64,000 nucleotides of DNA, taken from positions 186,001 through 250,000 of the forward strand of contig AP026140.1 in NCBI GenBank assembly GCA_030295235.1, read 5' to 3'. This DNA comes from Fistulifera solaris (lineage: Eukaryota). The notes beneath the pieces are model-generated. The model ran no database searches. It was not told the origin of the DNA and was given only the letters and a program-made list of their open reading frames with translations. The position numbers and the translations under genes were made by a program. Positions 1 through 10,769 of the stretch are shown here, in pieces. Positions within the stretch are counted from its first letter, which is position 1; the number at the start of each line of letters is the position of its first letter.

Positions 1-521
1 ATAGCAAAGGGATGGATGTTGTGCAGTTTGTAGATGCCACTGAGAGTGGATAAATTGGTCCGCATCAACGCGTATCGCTCCAACACTGTCCCACCCTGCT
101 TGTCGCGTAGCTTTTTCAGATCATTTTGAAACAAGGTGAGCAAAAACTGCACCTCGGGGACCACTTTGGCGAATCGAGAGGATGTCTTTGCTCCATAAAT
201 GACGACAGGGATGAGTGCGGTCCGTACGAGAACACTCATTACGGCAAAACAGGCCCAGTAAGGAACGTCACCCGAATGCAACAACTGCAACATGTAACCA
301 CTGCCGCCCCACACCGACACATTTTGTAACGCTTCGGGAGCCCACGAAGATGTCGACATGTGTCGTGCTGGTCTATGTTGTTGTAAAGGAGAATCCCAGA
401 AAGGGGAAGAAGTTAAAACGCTGGCGTGTTGTGGGACGATCGTCCATTGCGCCGATCCGATTCGTCGTGCTGCAAAGCGAATCGGTTGTTGCGCTTTCGA
501 CGCAACCAGAAGACCTATCAT
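1..521 (-). CDS. Oxa1/Cox18/YidC-family membrane insertase, 5' part (continues beyond window start)
   Basis: Manual translation from ATG at 521: MIGLLVASKAQQPIRFAARR (Arg-rich, mitochondrial presequence-like)...PYWACFAVMSVLVRTALIPVVIYGAKTSSRFAKVVPEV...IYKLHNIHPF. This fits the Oxa1 TM1 plus coiled-coil pattern. Not in the ORF track because it has no stop within the window. Confidence 0.75.
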   Translation of the reverse strand, partial: MIGLLVASKAQQPIRFAARRIGSAQWTIVPQHASVLTSSPFWDSPLQQHRPARHMSTSSWAPEALQNVSVWGGSGYMLQLLHSGDVPYWACFAVMSVLVRTALIPVVIYGAKTSSRFAKVVPEVQFLLTLFQNDLKKLRDKQGGTVLERYALMRTNLSTLSGIYKLHNIHPFA

Positions 522-687
522 ATGACGGGTTTCTTCTTTGCATGCGTCGGCGAAAGAACTTCTTTAGATGTGAATAGTTACGATAAAATTTGATGATATA
601 CAGGAAAAGAACGGTTACCATTCGAGGCAAATGATTGTTGGCGGCGCCTGTGAGGCGTAAAAGTTGAATGAACGGCGTGACGCGATA

Positions 688-2373
688 CGAATGTCTACGT
701 AATTTCACGTAACTCTCGTAGGGAAATTTATCGAAAGAGGGAAACCCGAATATTGTGTAATTCGATCACACCACTTTCCGCGTCTTTTGGACACCAATGT
801 CAACAATGCTTTGCCCAACATCGCTAAAGCAAGCCGAGGAACATAATCGACTTTGCGTTGACAGTGAAACACGAAACAGTAGGAAAATACAACGCTCCCA
901 CTCTACGTAGCCGCCGTAGTAAATTTTTTTTTATATGTGTAAGCTAGACTTTAGAGATCTCGAGACTCTCAAGTCGGCGGCTAGCGCCGCTCATTGGTGG
1001 CTTGCGCCACCAGCTTCAATCTCAAAACGTCGATGCAGGAGACGAGTAGTCTAACTGAATTCTTATCAGATGTATCAAGTAGACTAGTCTATAGAGAGTA
1101 ATGGCCAGAATTTACTATGCTTACGTCCTATCCCTACAAGAGAACCGAATCCCTAATACAAGTTAGAGAAACACAACTAACCCAGTACAGCTGGGATTCG
1201 TTCGTCATTACACCATGTACACCTCGTAGAAAATGTACCAGAGGGTCCACAAAGATTTTACTGTATACTTTTACGTACAAATTTCCCATTTTCATGCTTA
1301 TTTTTATCTATCATAAAAACTTCGGATGAATAAGATAATTATATAGATAGATTCAGAATTTTGAGAGCTACAAAATAAGTTTTTCGATCCGCGAACTGAG
1401 CCTTCTTTCGCGTACTACAAAAATATCCATATTCTTCGTCAAATAAGGCCCAGTTCGCGGATCGAAAAACTTATTTTGTAGCTCTCAAAATTCTGAATCT
1501 ATCTATATAATTATCTTATTCATCCGAAGTTTTTATGATAGATAAAAATAAGCATGAAAATGGGAAATTTGTACGTAAAATTATACAGTAAAATCTTTGT
1601 GGACCCTCTGGTACATTTTCTACGAGGTGTACATGGTGTAATGACGAACGAATCCCAGCTGTACAGTGTACGATGGATGAAATCCATTGAACATCGAACC
1701 GTTGCCAGGTCACGCATGTTAGCAGTGAGCCCAGTGCACAGATGTCAACGTTTTTATGCCCACCGTATTTGCTTCGTGTCAAAGCGCAATGAACGCCATC
1801 GATTTGAAAACAGAACGTTGATGGAACGAATGATGCCACGCTTCGAATGTCTACGTAATTTCACGAAGCTGTCGTAGGGAAATTTATCGACAGAGGGGGT
1901 ACCCGGATATTGTGTTATTTCGATCACACCGTTAAACGCGTATTTTGGACATATATGTCAACAATGCTTTGACCAACATCGCTAATGCGAGCCATGAAAC
2001 AATAATCGACTTTGATTTGACAGTGAAAGATGAAACAGTACAAAGATACAACGCGTCTAGTGTCTACGCGTATTTTACGTAGCCGCCGTTAGAAATTTAT
2101 CTCTGCAAGGGTACCCGGAGATTGCATTTTACGCACTCATCCAATTCATGGCTTTCCAGTGCACAGATATCAACGTTTTTATGCCCACCGTATTTGCTTC
2201 GTGTCAAAGCGCAATGAACGCCGTCGATTTGAAAACAGAACGTTGATGGAACGAATGATGCCACGCTTCGAATGTTCACGTAATTTCACGTAGCTCTCGT
2301 AGGGAAATTTATCGACAGAGGGGGTACCCGGATATTGTGTTATTTCGATCACACCGTTAAACGCGTCTTTTGG
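688..2373 (+). repeat. Dispersed/tandem repeat family with core GAATGTCTACGTAATTTCACG...GTAGGGAAATTTATCGACAGAGGG
   Basis: Copies at ~688-925, ~1845-2095 and ~2270-2373. Segments 1731-1949 and 2156-2373 are near-identical direct repeats. Another copy lies at ~61688-61765. Confidence 0.85.
1188..1661. mobile_element. Foldback MITE (Tc1/mariner-like, TA target duplication)
   Basis: 217-bp near-perfect inverted arms (1188-1404 / 1445-1661) with a 40-bp spacer. Termini CAGCTGGG...CCCAGCTG are flanked by TA on both sides (1186-1187, 1662-1663). Non-coding. Confidence 0.85.
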
Positions 2374-2499
2374 AGGAGGAAAAAAACGGTCGATGTTAAC
2401 TCGGTATACGATTTCTGTCGTAAACTCACACTAAAGTGGATAGTCAGCTTGTCCTATATATTTTACAGTACTCGGACACTCATTTGCCTCGAATCGAAC

Positions 2500-4003
2500 C
2501 AGAAAATCTGGAATCGGTGTTTTGGGTCGTGCAGAAGTTCTGTGAGACTACCAGATATTTTGGATAAGGTGCTTTGTGTCGCACAAAGCCTTTGCGCATG
2601 TTCCAGAAGTTCTGGAACCGGTGTTTGCGTTTTAGATTTTAGATATCCTTTTTCCTAGAATTCCAGAAATTCTGGAATCGGTAGTTCGGTCACACAGAAA
2701 TTCTGCAATTGGTCCAGATATTCTGGACCCGAGTGCATTGGCTCGAGCACAAGTTGTTCGACACTTGCAGGGGGAGGGGACAGAGATTCTGTGCACGTTT
2801 TAAATACTTCGCGACCGGGGCTTTCCGTCCGACAACGATTTTGTGCATTTTCCAGAAAATCTGGAATCGGTGTTTTGCGTCGTGCAGAAGTTCTGTGAGA
2901 CTACCAGATATTTTGGATAAGGTGCTTTGTGTCGCACAAAGCCTTTGTGCACGTTCCAGAAGTTCTGGAATCGGTGTTTGCGTTTTAGATTTTAGATATC
3001 CTTTTTCCTAGAATTCCAGAAATTCTGGAATCGGTAGTTCGGTCACACAGAAATTCTGCGATTGGTCCAGATATTCTGGACCCGAGTGCATTGGCTCGAG
3101 CACAAGTTGTTCGACACTTGCAGATATTTTCGATTAAGTGACGGGGAGGGCACAGAGATTCTGTGCATGTTTCAATTTTTACAAAGATCGGGGGCTTTCC
3201 GTCAGAATTTCTGAAACGGGCACAGAATCTCTTTTTGGATCCAAAATATAGATTCTAGAATTTCTGGAACTACCACAGAATCTCTGTTTGACCCAAAACA
3301 ACTATCCCAGAATTTCTGGAACGACCACAGAATCTATGTTTGAACCCAAAACAACCGGTCCAGAATTTCCGAACGACCACAGAATCTCTGTTGGTTCCCA
3401 AATCACACTTTCCAGAGTTTCTGGAACGACCACAGAATCTCTGGTTGATCCAAAGCTTCGATCTTCGATTCCAGAATTTCTGGAACGATCACAGAATCTC
3501 TGTTTGACCCAACACAACAATTCCGTAATTTTTGGAACTGGCACAGAATCTCTGTTTGACGCAAACCAATTGGTCCAGAATTTCTGGAACGGCCACAGAA
3601 TCTCTGTTTGGTTAAAAGTACAGATTCAGAATTTCTGGAACGACCACAGACTTTCGTATGACCCAAAAGAATCTTTGTTTGACCGCAAGCATTTTCTAAT
3701 CTATACAGAATCTCTGTTATCCTTATGTCGCCAGACACCGATGATTCCAAATTTGTTTCATCAATAATACGGAGTAGAAATCTAGACCTAGAGTCTACCC
3801 CGGGGTAAGGGTTACCAGGTACTGGTGTCTGGCGACATAAGGATAACAGAGATTCTGTATAGATTAGAAAATGCTTGCGGTCAAACAAAGATTCTTTTGG
3901 GTCATACGAAAGTCTGTGGTCGTTCCAGAAATTCTGGAATCTATACTTTTAAACAAACAGAGATTCTGTGGCCGTTCCAGAAATTCTGGACCAATTGGTT
4001 TGC
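2500..4003. repeat. Degenerate CCAGAATTTCTGG satellite block: ~353-bp tandem duplication, an inverted array, and a ~180-bp inverted repeat
   Basis: 2500-2852 is duplicated at 2853-3200. ~50-bp units (CCAGAATTTCTGGAACGACCACAGAATCTCTGTTTG) run 3200-3740. Segment 3560-3739 is the reverse complement of 3824-4003. Confidence 0.85.
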
Positions 4004-4129
4004 TACTTAACCTTAATTTTCCGCCTCTCACGGGCGCCTGCCACAATCAATATTTCTCCGAGCAATAACAGCGCAACACATAAAACTCATTTCTCGGTTC
4101 TTATTCTTTTCTTTCTGGATACATGAAGA

Positions 4130-5454
4130 ATGACATCCGATTCATCACTGGAATATTTGCGCCCCGAAGTCGCGGCGTTAAAGCGCAAAGTCGATGCCTT
4201 TGTCGAAAACGAATGCATCCCCGCCGAACAAGAGTTCGAAGCTTTTATGGCAGATCGACACGGCCCGGACCGTTGGACGGCAATTCCTCCCTGTTTGGAA
4301 CGTTTAAAAGAACGAGCCAAGCAACTGGGACTGTGGAATTTGTTTGTCCCGCAGCATTTGATTGATAAATTGCCCGATCCTTCGTTAGGACCTTCCGTCC
4401 CCTTGACCTATCGTGAATATGGGATTGTCTGCGAATCCCTCGGACGCTGTCCGGATTTAGCGCCGCAAGCGTGCAATTCGAGTGCACCGGATACGGGAAA
4501 TATGGAAGTTTTGTTGGAATTTGGTACGCCGCAGCAAAAGCAGAAGTATCTGCTGCCGTTGTTGCGCGGAGACATACGATCGTGTTTCTTAATGACCGAA
4601 CCGGCGGTGGCGAGTAGTGATCCTACGAATTTAGAGACGGCACTGGAGAAACACATCAACACAACTACGGGACAGGTCGAATACACATTGCGAGGACGTA
4701 AATGGTGGAGTACGGGGGCCATGGATCCGCGCTGTCGTTTGGCTTTGGTGGTAGCTCGGATGCAATCTTCGAGTTCAAACGCGGCGAGCAGACATGGCGC
4801 ACATACCATTGTAGCAGTTCCTATGCCTCATCCCCAAGTGAAACCGGAACGTGCACTGACAGTCATGGGATACGATGATGCTCCGTTCGGACATGCTCAA
4901 GTTCTATTAGACAATGTCAAACTCACTCCAGAGGACTTAATACTGGGAGAAGGAAGTGGCTTTCGTGTTTCACAAGCAAGACTCGGACCTGGGCGTATTC
5001 ATCATTGCATGCGTGCAATAGGTATGGCCACGCGGTGCTACGAACTTATGATTCGGCGTTCCATGGAACGAACCACATTTGGAAAACCGCTGTGGCAGCA
5101 CGGCGGTTGTCAAGAGCAAATTGCGGACTCGGTGGTCGACTTGCATGCCGCTCGCCTCCTCACGTTGTCGGTGGCGGCCGCCATGGACTCGGTAGGAGCG
5201 CAGAAAGCGCGCGACCGCATCGCCGTCATCAAAGTCGCGGTGCCGGAGTTATGTTATCGGGTGATCGATCGTGCTGTACAAGTTCATGGGGGAGCGGGAT
5301 TGTCACAAGATTTCATACTGGCAAAAGCTTTAGCAGGGTTGCGGTCATTGCGCATCGCCGATGGTCCCGATAGCGTTCATCGTCGCACCATTGCTCTTTT
5401 GGAAATCAAAAGGAAATGAACAAAAGAAAATCGCAACCGAAGAGTCATTTGTAG
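4130..5454 (+). CDS. Acyl-CoA dehydrogenase (ACAD10/11-like), probably peroxisomal
   Basis: Motifs APDTGNMEVL, FLMTEPAVASSD, GRKWWSTGA, ARLGPGRIHHCMR, VQVHGGAG, LRIADGPD. A frameshift at ~5410 restores a C-terminus KEMNKRKSQPKSHL* with PTS1-like SHL. Confidence 0.93.
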
Positions 5455-5611
5455 ACCCCTAGCCGTTGTCTGCTACCACGCTTTTACACCCAGAAGTCTT
5501 GTACCTCAAAGTTAATCTATAATTGAAGGGGTGTTGTGCTTGATATGGAAATACGAATTTATCCTATTGCATAAGCATCAAGAACTTTTATGGAAAGAAG
5601 AACGCATCAGC

Positions 5612-6082
5612 TGTAGTTATGTGGCCATGATCGCTTAAATGTATCATGAAGCACACGAGACAGTAAAAATAACACCCCATCAGTCTTGAAACTGTTGCTC
5701 TCTTTACAATGGATCCAACTTGCAGCGAGATATTCGTTCGGTTAACTGTTACGGGACTGGATTCAAGTGGAGTCATGAACGATTTGCACCCGCACAACCT
5801 ACATCTGATTTCACAGTAAAAACTCGGGCGCTTATTCATTCTCATTACCTGTAATTGTGTGGACATGATCGCTTAGATGCAGCATGAAGAACACGAAACA
5901 GTGCAACCATTATCCCATTAGTCTTGAAACTGCTGCTTTCTTTAAAAATAATGGATACGATTTTCAGAGAGAAATTCATCCCGTTAAATGTTACGGGACT
6001 GGATTCAAATGGAGTCTTGAACTGTTTGCACCCGCACAACCTACATTTGATTTCATAGTAAAAACTCGGGCGTTTTCTTTTA
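5612..6082 (+). repeat. Two diverged ~237-bp tandem copies
   Basis: ATGTGGCCATGATCGCTTAAATG...TGTTACGGGACTGGATTCAA...AAAACTCGGGCG occurs at ~5612-5845 and again at ~5849-6082. Confidence 0.8.
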
Positions 6083-7713
6083 TGTTGCGTAGACAAATGA
6101 AAAATGTTGGTACTACGTACAGTTGGCTGCGCGCATTATGCGCAAGGTGTAGCTCCAGTACATTTTTACACAAAACGTCTTCTACACGCCAGCCGGCCCG
6201 TCGCGGAAGAAAAAGTCTCACTATTTTATCGCCAAAAAATGATGAAAGTTTGACGAACGCTCCGTAACTTGATTTGCCGTATTTCGCGACTGAACTACAC
6301 CATTTAACCTCTTTATCTACCGCTGACATGGGTGGTATTATTTCCGTCGCGAAATCCGTTGTTTTTGATACGAAAAATTGAAGCCGAAAATATATGCCTG
6401 GTCCTCGGTTAACCATTTTGTTGTCGCTATAAAGCAGATAGAAGAAGTGCTTGCAACATGCTTTGCAGTACCATAACTCGTAGCGCCAGAAAGGGAACTG
6501 TTTTATTCGAGTAATTCGTCCAGGGCTACGGATTTGCGTGCTGAGGCACAAATTTATAGGCGACGAGCCGAAAGTATCCTGGGTCTTTTTTAATCGCCTT
6601 TTTCTTATAAAAAGTAACATGATAAGCGACTGGCGATTGATCATGGATAGTAAATGTAAAGCATAAGCACTTCGCAAGTTTTTATTTGATAAAAGTATTT
6701 GTCGTCGATCCCAAAGGTTCGTGAAAGGTTGTTCCGTCGATTGCACTCGTTTTCTGTCCAGTCTGATGCTCCTTACTTTCGAAGGTAGAGTGAAAGCAAC
6801 CGGTTTTAAAACTTAATGGATTTCAAAATTTTGGATACACTTCACATCATCCATTTCATAAGTACAAAACAAAGATCGGTACTTAAGAATTGAAGCAGAC
6901 GACAGTTTGAAGTTTCGCAGATAGATGAGCTCCACCAAGTGCCGCGCGATGGCGGAAGAACCTCGTCCGAGAAAGTCTAAGGTCGCAGCATAAGAAATAA
7001 AGGACAATAAACAATGCTCCAAGTCCGTATAAACCACTGGTGACAGTCAATTCATTTTTTATCTTACCAGGTAGCGACATTTTCAAATTAGCCAAGAAAT
7101 TCTGTCCTATGCGAATAAAGTGCCGAAGAAGCAGTCGTCGTGCCACCCGAACGAGTGAGAAAAGAACCACTAGTACATTGATTATAAGGCTTGGAGTACG
7201 AACATGGACATATAATTGCGCTTACTACGCATATAAGTCAACGAAAGATGTGATGATTGCTGCAAGAAGAAGAGCAGCCCTCGAGGGATCGGCCGACACA
7301 CAATTGCGGGCACAGGAGGATCTGCCTACGCTTAATTACAAATGAATTAAGATTCTATGAACGTTTTCAAAGTTCACAGGGATGCTTCAGACTTTGATTA
7401 TGGATATATTCTGAGAAGATTTGTGAAAATTGACGACTAAAGAAAAGTTATTTACCTTTTTGTCCCCTTAGCTCATCCCCTGTGAAATTCTCACTTTCTA
7501 CTTCATACGGAGTAGTAAAAATATGGCTGGTACTCGTCTACGTAGTCCTACGGCTCGACTACGACATGCGCAGCCAACTGTAGTAATTAGTCTAGATGTC
7601 ATTTGTTGGATTTCACTCTCCTCTTCTTCTGTGTCTATTATATTTCCAAGAGTTAGGTCGAAATTTAACGAAAAGCGAAGCAAGAAAAAGGCGAATCAGG
7701 CTTGAATGCGGGA

Positions 7714-9295
7714 ATGTGGCGAGGTGTTTTCGCGATCATGTGGATGTTGTCGCTGTGTTCCAGGGGATGTGCATTTCGTGGAGCACCTGGCCTTGCTAAC
7801 CCATTACAATCACATCGATGTGTCCAGTCCTCTGCTTTATTATCAACCCGGCTCAAATTTCGATACATCGAATCATCAATACAACGACCGCTGTCGCGCT
7901 GCTTCGTCACGTTGAATAATGATTCTGTAGAAACTTCATTCGGACACATGGCTAATTTGTACCAAGAATGGAGTCTCGAACAAGATCAGATGCTTTGGGA
8001 GTATCGCAATGAGCCTGTGAGTACCATTGCTGCTCGTCTGGGCAGAGGTCTTCGAGGTGTCGAAACGAGATTAGCCAAACTCAAAGATCCTTCGAGCAAC
8101 GCGTACATGCGTTTATTCAGTGATGATCGGGCGCTGTCGGATGAGAATGGAAAGAAACCCAAGTTTGTACCAGCATCGGAAGTGTTGCGGAGAATACGAT
8201 GGGACGCGAGTTTGACCAGCCACGACTTTTCGATTCTCTATTACGATCGTGTCGAAGATGAAGTACTGGAAGTACCATTCGATGCCCCCAACACAAGCAT
8301 CAAAGGAAAGGCAACGACTATGATAGATGCCCTTCCGGAACACAGAATTAAAGGGATAAAGTACAAAGAACAGGTCGTATGGGATAGAGATCGCCGGTTG
8401 GATTTGGTGTTTTCGGGTCCTGGAATTGCTCGCGTCATGGAGAGCTACGACGAATGGAAGCAAGCACGTGATGCCGAAGAGGAAGCGAATCATAAACGAC
8501 AAGCAGAAGTATCGTGCCGACTACAAAGTGCATTGGGTATAGAGCGTTTCACTGAGCTCAAAGAACTTTCTCGCGATATTCAGACAACTGCTCAACGAGA
8601 AGACAACATGCTCCTCATGATGGAAGTTGAGAAATACGTACAGACAGCACTAACACTGTTTCGTCAGGCTCGAGAGGACCCTTCCACTAGTCCAGTGCCG
8701 TCTTTGATTGCCATGAACGATTATGAAGCACTGGATCAGCTTTCTGAGATTGTGGCGCTTTTACCTGATACACAATTGAAACCCGTCATTCTGACCGAAG
8801 TATGGCGAGCGATGAAAAAAGTAGAAGGTAAACCTGTGGAAAATCAACCGAAGGAGTTACCGGAAATTGATGAAGCCGATTTAGTCGAGACGTTTGTACG
8901 GGGGTCCGGTCCTGGTGGGCAAAAGGTTAGTAACGATCGGCTTGTTATGCACACAAAAAAGTCTCGACACACTCATTCCTCTCTTATTGCGTGATTTACA
9001 GGTCAATAAAACCAGCAATCGCGTGTCCCTACTTCATGTACCTACTGGACTGCGTGTAGAATGCCAGGACACGCGTTCATTGCAACAAAACCGGAAGATA
9101 GCCAGGAAGCGCTTGCGTTTAAAACTAGACGAGTACTTGAATGGTAGTCAGAGCCGTACTAGCTTGGCCGCTCAAAAAGCTGCCGCCAAAAAATTGAAAT
9201 CCAAAGCAAGGAGTCGTTCGAGACAAAAACTGAAACGTGAAGCGAACAACGATCCAGCATCGGAGACGTTGGAAGATGGAGAACCTAGTTTTTGA
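7714..9295 (+). CDS. Fusion protein: signal peptide + HTH/Myb-like + MJ1316 domain + class-I release-factor GGQ domain (C12orf65/ArfB-like peptidyl-tRNA hydrolase)
   Basis: Exons 7714-8925 and 9002-9295 (GT-AG intron 8926-9001) join to FVRGSGPGGQK|VNKTSNRVSLLHVPTGLRVECQDTRSLQQNRKIARKRL plus a basic tail. MJ1316 signature EVLRRIRWD..YYDR..EVPF..LPEHRI..VVWDR at ~8164-8412. Confidence 0.85.
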
Positions 9296-9557
9296 TGTTG
9301 GTGCGACATCGAAGTAGGGACAAATGGCAGTAACAAGGCGTTTCTCCGTTTCCTGTTCTTTTCCTGTTCCTCCTTCGAGCTATCCACTTTTATGTACGAT
9401 CACACGTGGAACTTGAGTCGAATGGCATAGTGAAGATACAAGATACACCCCCGAAAAAATTGACGATAGATCTTTGGCTCTCCCATTTTCTCACAATTTC
9501 TTCAACAAGACCGATTGGCTCGACTTGCAACAATACCTGCCCTTGTCTTTTACAATT

Positions 9558-10145
9558 ATGTCGATCGAAAGAGATACCCTATTTGTCTGGGACGGAATTT
9601 TGGAAGTCCGAGACGACGACAACGGCTGGTTTGATTGTGTTTGGTACGGAACCGTGATAGTGAACGAGAATTCTCCGGATCCGACACAAGTAGAAGCTCC
9701 CGTTCGCAATGCTTTCAAAGCACTTTGTGATTCGGATTTGCAGTATCGTGTAAGTGGAAAAGCGAAACCAATGGATGGAGTGCGAGACGGCAACCGCTTC
9801 AAGTCCTACGAATTAGAATTTACGGAAGGCGATGGTTGGGACTATGCGGGAAAGAAACACAAGGATACAGATCACACTGTCCTTACCGCACTGCAATGGC
9901 AAGGCAATCCTGACAAACGTCTAAGCCTTTGCTTTGGCTGTGGTTCGGATGCAAATGGTAGTTTTATTTCTACAGGTTGGATGAGACCGGGCAACCGTAT
10001 CACGTTAGCTCGTCGTTACGTGAACGATGAACGGAAAGATTTGCATTGTGAATCGTTGCGTGGAAAAGTTCTCGGGCAGATTTATGATGAGGACAATGAT
10101 GAAATCGTGTTTCCTCCGTGGATGTGCGATCTTTTCAAAGCTTGA
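9558..10145 (+). CDS. Hypothetical protein (~195 aa)
   Basis: Clean ORF from ATG 9558 with globular-protein composition (FVWDG, GDGWD, GWMRPGNRITLARRY). No family recognised. Confidence 0.65.
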   Translation: MSIERDTLFVWDGILEVRDDDNGWFDCVWYGTVIVNENSPDPTQVEAPVRNAFKALCDSDLQYRVSGKAKPMDGVRDGNRFKSYELEFTEGDGWDYAGKKHKDTDHTVLTALQWQGNPDKRLSLCFGCGSDANGSFISTGWMRPGNRITLARRYVNDERKDLHCESLRGKVLGQIYDEDNDEIVFPPWMCDLFKA

Positions 10146-10410
10146 GCTTGGCTGGTTATAACAAGCAATGTGTGTTCTATAGAGTTACGAAGTAATTGGC
10201 TTATTATAAGAATTTTTAGGTTTAAAGTGAAGCAAGATAAGCTCTTCGTCGTCTTTTATTTTTCGGACGGCGAATCCTCTTCAGTCAAAAATATAGTTCC
10301 GTGTGGAGTGTGGATCCACAAACGCAAGTCTTTAGATTTGGCTACCGGTACTTTGTAGGCTTTATAGCGGCGTCTCATTCTTCAATCTCGTCGCCCCTGC
10401 GCCTTGTGCC

Positions 10411-10741
10411 TGAATCAATCCAGATGTGTTAGGGACAGGGATGGATCGGTAGTGCCACGTCACCGTGCATTTATGCCTTAAGGTTACATCGGTTCCACCT
10501 TGACATTATCCCTTCTATTTGGTCACGGATGCATAAGCTATGCATAACACTTGGAAGTGAGTGACCTAATGGGTGATCTAGCGGTTAAGCTAGATCATGA
10601 AAGCGTGAACAGAGACGTCGAGCAGGAATTGGAGATGCAAGAGCATTCCATCATTTCGACTAGTTTAGAGCTCACAGTTTTGAGCGCCCGGTAAAATAAA
10701 TGCTCATTACGGCTTGTAATCAGTACTTCTAGACTTATTCA
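10411..10741 (+). repeat. 5' LTR
   Basis: TG...CA termini. Identical by eye to 16209-16539. Confidence 0.97.
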
Positions 10742-10769
10742 GTTTATCAACGACCCAGCTTTAACCAAG

